From a bacterium (lineage in GTDB: Bacteria; Bacteroidota; Ignavibacteria; Kapaibacteriales; Kapaibacteriaceae): a stretch of 64,000 bases of DNA. Where the stretch lies: assembly GCA_036840065.1 (NCBI GenBank), contig DAITZZ010000005.1, positions 4,104 to 68,103 on the forward strand. Direction: 5' to 3'. Below, piece after piece: positions 61,920 to 64,000 of the stretch (positions are counted from its first letter, which is position 1; each line of letters opens with the position of its first letter). Below the pieces are notes generated by a model. The model made no database searches, had not been told where the DNA came from, and was given only the letters and a program-made list of their open reading frames with translations. A program made the translations under genes and the position numbers.

Positions 61920-64000
61920 TCAGAAGCGGTAGCGGGCGCCGGCGATCAGACCAAAGGTCTGCAGCGTCCACGGTGACTCGCTGGCCATCTGCGTTAGCGA
62001 CGTCGTGTATCTCGATTCGGCAAAGACCGAGATGCGGTAGCTGACCGGGTAGAGGAAGCCAATGCAACCATACCCGGAGACAACCGTACCGTTGAGTGAG
62101 GGCAGAGACGTCACATCACGTGTCTGGACCGTGGAGCCATCCGGATAGGTCCAACCCGACGGACGCATGATGAAGCGTTCTGAAACGACGGCGTTCGAAA
62201 GCAGCAGCGAGAGCTGAAGGCCGGTACCAATGTAGAAGTGTTTCCGCGGGAAGTACTCCAGGCCGACATGGGCGTGGAGATACGACAGAGAAAGATCCAG
62301 CCGGTCGGCTTCCTGATACTGACGGTAGATCCTGGCTGCAGTATCCAGCACCTGAAACGTCAGCGTATCCGGTGCAAGCAGCTGTCCGCCCACGGACGTA
62401 TACGTGAGACCACCTTGCAGGATCAGCGATTCGTTATGACGATATCCGACCATACCACCAATGCCAAGATTTGTTCCCTGGGCATCGCTGTTAAAGGTCC
62501 CCTGCGTTGCAACTGCGGCAAACCGCGTGTTGAGCGAGTGGAATGCGCTACCTGTATTGATGAAGGCACCTGCATGCCATGCGCCACCGCTGACGCATTG
62601 CTGGTCTGGACCATTGGAAAGGCTGTAGGCGTACTTGGAAGAGACGTTATCGAAGAGATGACACACCGAAAAAAGACTCGTGTTGCCCGCAGCATCGGTT
62701 GCCTTGAGCACGAGCTTCGAGATCTCGGCACCGGCAATGCGCTTGATCTTGACAACGATCTGCGGAGCCCCCTCATCGATAAACGGAATGGTTGCCTCAA
62801 GTCCTGTTGCCTGAACCACACTCACTGAGCGAATACCAAGATCCATTATCCGATCATCGCGGATGATCACCTGGTATTCTCCCTTGACGTATCGATCATC
62901 GGCATCCGGAGGTATCGAGTCGACGAACCTCGTAGCGTCATAGAAGGACTGGCCGGCCATGTTTCCATAGGCATCGAAGGCCGCCTTGAGAAAACCGAAG
63001 CCGTAGGAGTATAGTCCGAACGGTACGTTGCCCTTGATCACGTGTGTGCCGAAGGGCACCTGCACCTGACCGATAGCGTAACGGCTCTCGCCAAAGAGTC
63101 GGAAAAGAGTTGAGTCCAGGGGGCGACCGTTGAGTCGGATGTCCTTGATGCTCTCACGCGGGGCGATCACGTTCACGTAGTGGTGCCAGTCGCCATTGAT
63201 CGGTGTTGCGAATCGGTACTCAGAGCGGAACTGCTGTGTTGGGGTGACGACGATCATCATAGGATCGCCCACACTGTCGCCATTCTTGAAGCCCTGAGCA
63301 AACTGAGCAACAAGCACCGGCTTGCTGGCTGTGATCTGCGTATTCTTCATGGCATTGAGGTTCTCGTAGAACTCCCCGGCCTTGAGAATGGCGATCAGCT
63401 TCGAGTCTTCGAACACCTTTGTACTGTCGGCCGAAGCAACGACGCGGTAGGTATAGCGCGACCGTTCCTTGAGCATTCCCAGGTAGTAGTGCTTGCCCCA
63501 TGCCGAGATCGGAGGGATCTGTTCGATCAGGTGATTACAGGCCTCAACCTTTGGAGGGATATAGGCGCAGGCATGACCGCTAAAGACCGAGATCTTCTTG
63601 TTGGACTTGATGAACGTGCCCGTCAGGTCGCACCCACCGGCCACCTCCCATTTTGCAACAACGGAGTAGACATCTCCCTTGCGCAGACGCACAACATAGG
63701 GCACCCCGGCCGGACGTCCGGTCGAGGTGATCGCGCGTGGTACGATCGTCACCTCGGTGCCGTCTTCTGTTGCAACGATAGACAGCTCGGAGAGCATCTC
63801 GGGGGAGTTCTGGATCTTGGTGTACCCCATCACGCGGTATTCCGTGCCAAGGATATTCACCGGAAGGCCGAGATAGGTATCGGTTGTCTGGAAACGGCTG
63901 CTCAGTCCATACACGCTGACGGGCTTGTCAGAGGTGATATGCACGGCCAGACGCTCCGGACTTTCCTGTGCGCTGGCCTGGGCCATTGCAGGGATCGAGA
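61920..64000 (-). CDS. IgGFc-binding-like domain protein with a C-terminal integral beta-barrel (5' end outside the window)
   Basis: The frame stays open to the window edge. ITSDKPVSVYG, GDPMMIVVTPTQQF and FGLYSYGFGFLKAAFDAYGNMAG are paralogous to the N-terminal domain of 51459..54479. The last roughly 250 aa are alternating-strand, G/Y/S-rich and end in ...FGLIAGARYRF (terminal Phe). Confidence 0.75.
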   Translation of the reverse strand, partial: SIPAMAQASAQESPERLAVHITSDKPVSVYGLSSRFQTTDTYLGLPVNILGTEYRVMGYTKIQNSPEMLSELSIVATEDGTEVTIVPRAITSTGRPAGVPYVVRLRKGDVYSVVAKWEVAGGCDLTGTFIKSNKKISVFSGHACAYIPPKVEACNHLIEQIPPISAWGKHYYLGMLKERSRYTYRVVASADSTKVFEDSKLIAILKAGEFYENLNAMKNTQITASKPVLVAQFAQGFKNGDSVGDPMMIVVTPTQQFRSEYRFATPINGDWHHYVNVIAPRESIKDIRLNGRPLDSTLFRLFGESRYAIGQVQVPFGTHVIKGNVPFGLYSYGFGFLKAAFDAYGNMAGQSFYDATRFVDSIPPDADDRYVKGEYQVIIRDDRIMDLGIRSVSVVQATGLEATIPFIDEGAPQIVVKIKRIAGAEISKLVLKATDAAGNTSLFSVCHLFDNVSSKYAYSLSNGPDQQCVSGGAWHAGAFINTGSAFHSLNTRFAAVATQGTFNSDAQGTNLGIGGMVGYRHNESLILQGGLTYTSVGGQLLAPDTLTFQVLDTAARIYRQYQEADRLDLSLSYLHAHVGLEYFPRKHFYIGTGLQLSLLLSNAVVSERFIMRPSGWTYPDGSTVQTRDVTSLPSLNGTVVSGYGCIGFLYPVSYRISVFAESRYTTSLTQMASESPWTLQTFGLIAGARYRF

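Overview
Densely packed, GC-rich (by eye above 55% G+C) bacterial chromosomal segment with about 50 protein-coding genes and under roughly 2 kb of non-coding DNA. I found no rRNA, tRNA, CRISPR array, transposase, integrase, or recognisable defence or toxin-antitoxin module. About half the window is conserved housekeeping. On the minus strand from 10099 down to 199 lies the transcription/translation superoperon rimP-nusA-infB-rbfA-truB-ribF-rpsO-(two stem-loops)-pnp. Other housekeeping genes are gcdH, kup, htrA, ppx, purA, secDF, trmB, aat, PBP1A, ldcA, ctpA, transaldolase and crtI. The rest is cell-envelope accessory content. It includes four very large secreted proteins with type IX secretion (T9SS) C-terminal sorting domains, at 18681-22709, 26608-30846, 44473-47037 and 51459-54479. 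It also includes a TonB-dependent receptor, several lipoproteins and outer-membrane beta-barrels, and a fifth adhesin-like protein anchored by its own C-terminal beta-barrel (61920 to beyond 64000). The T9SS tails, a CarboxypepD_reg-type TonB receptor and seven exact TAnnTTTG boxes in the sparse intergenic DNA point to the Bacteroidota/Ignavibacteriota/Chlorobi (FCB) group. This taxonomic call is an inference. I see no clear-cut novel system of the defence or mobile-element kind. The best candidate for an undescribed functional module is the TonB-dependent receptor followed 2 nt later by a tandemly duplicated beta-helix T9SS protein that I cannot place in any characterised family. Secondary curiosities are a 92-aa RGG/DRGG-repeat tail on PNPase and an unannotated 38-codon single-TM micro-ORF abutting an acyltransferase-3-like gene. 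Others are an oligo-glycine-tract surface protein, a Tat-signal acid phosphatase coupled to an adhesin-like T9SS protein, and a bacterial kynurenine 3-monooxygenase at the end of a tightly coupled five-gene string. All product calls come from motif recognition by eye; no database search was run.
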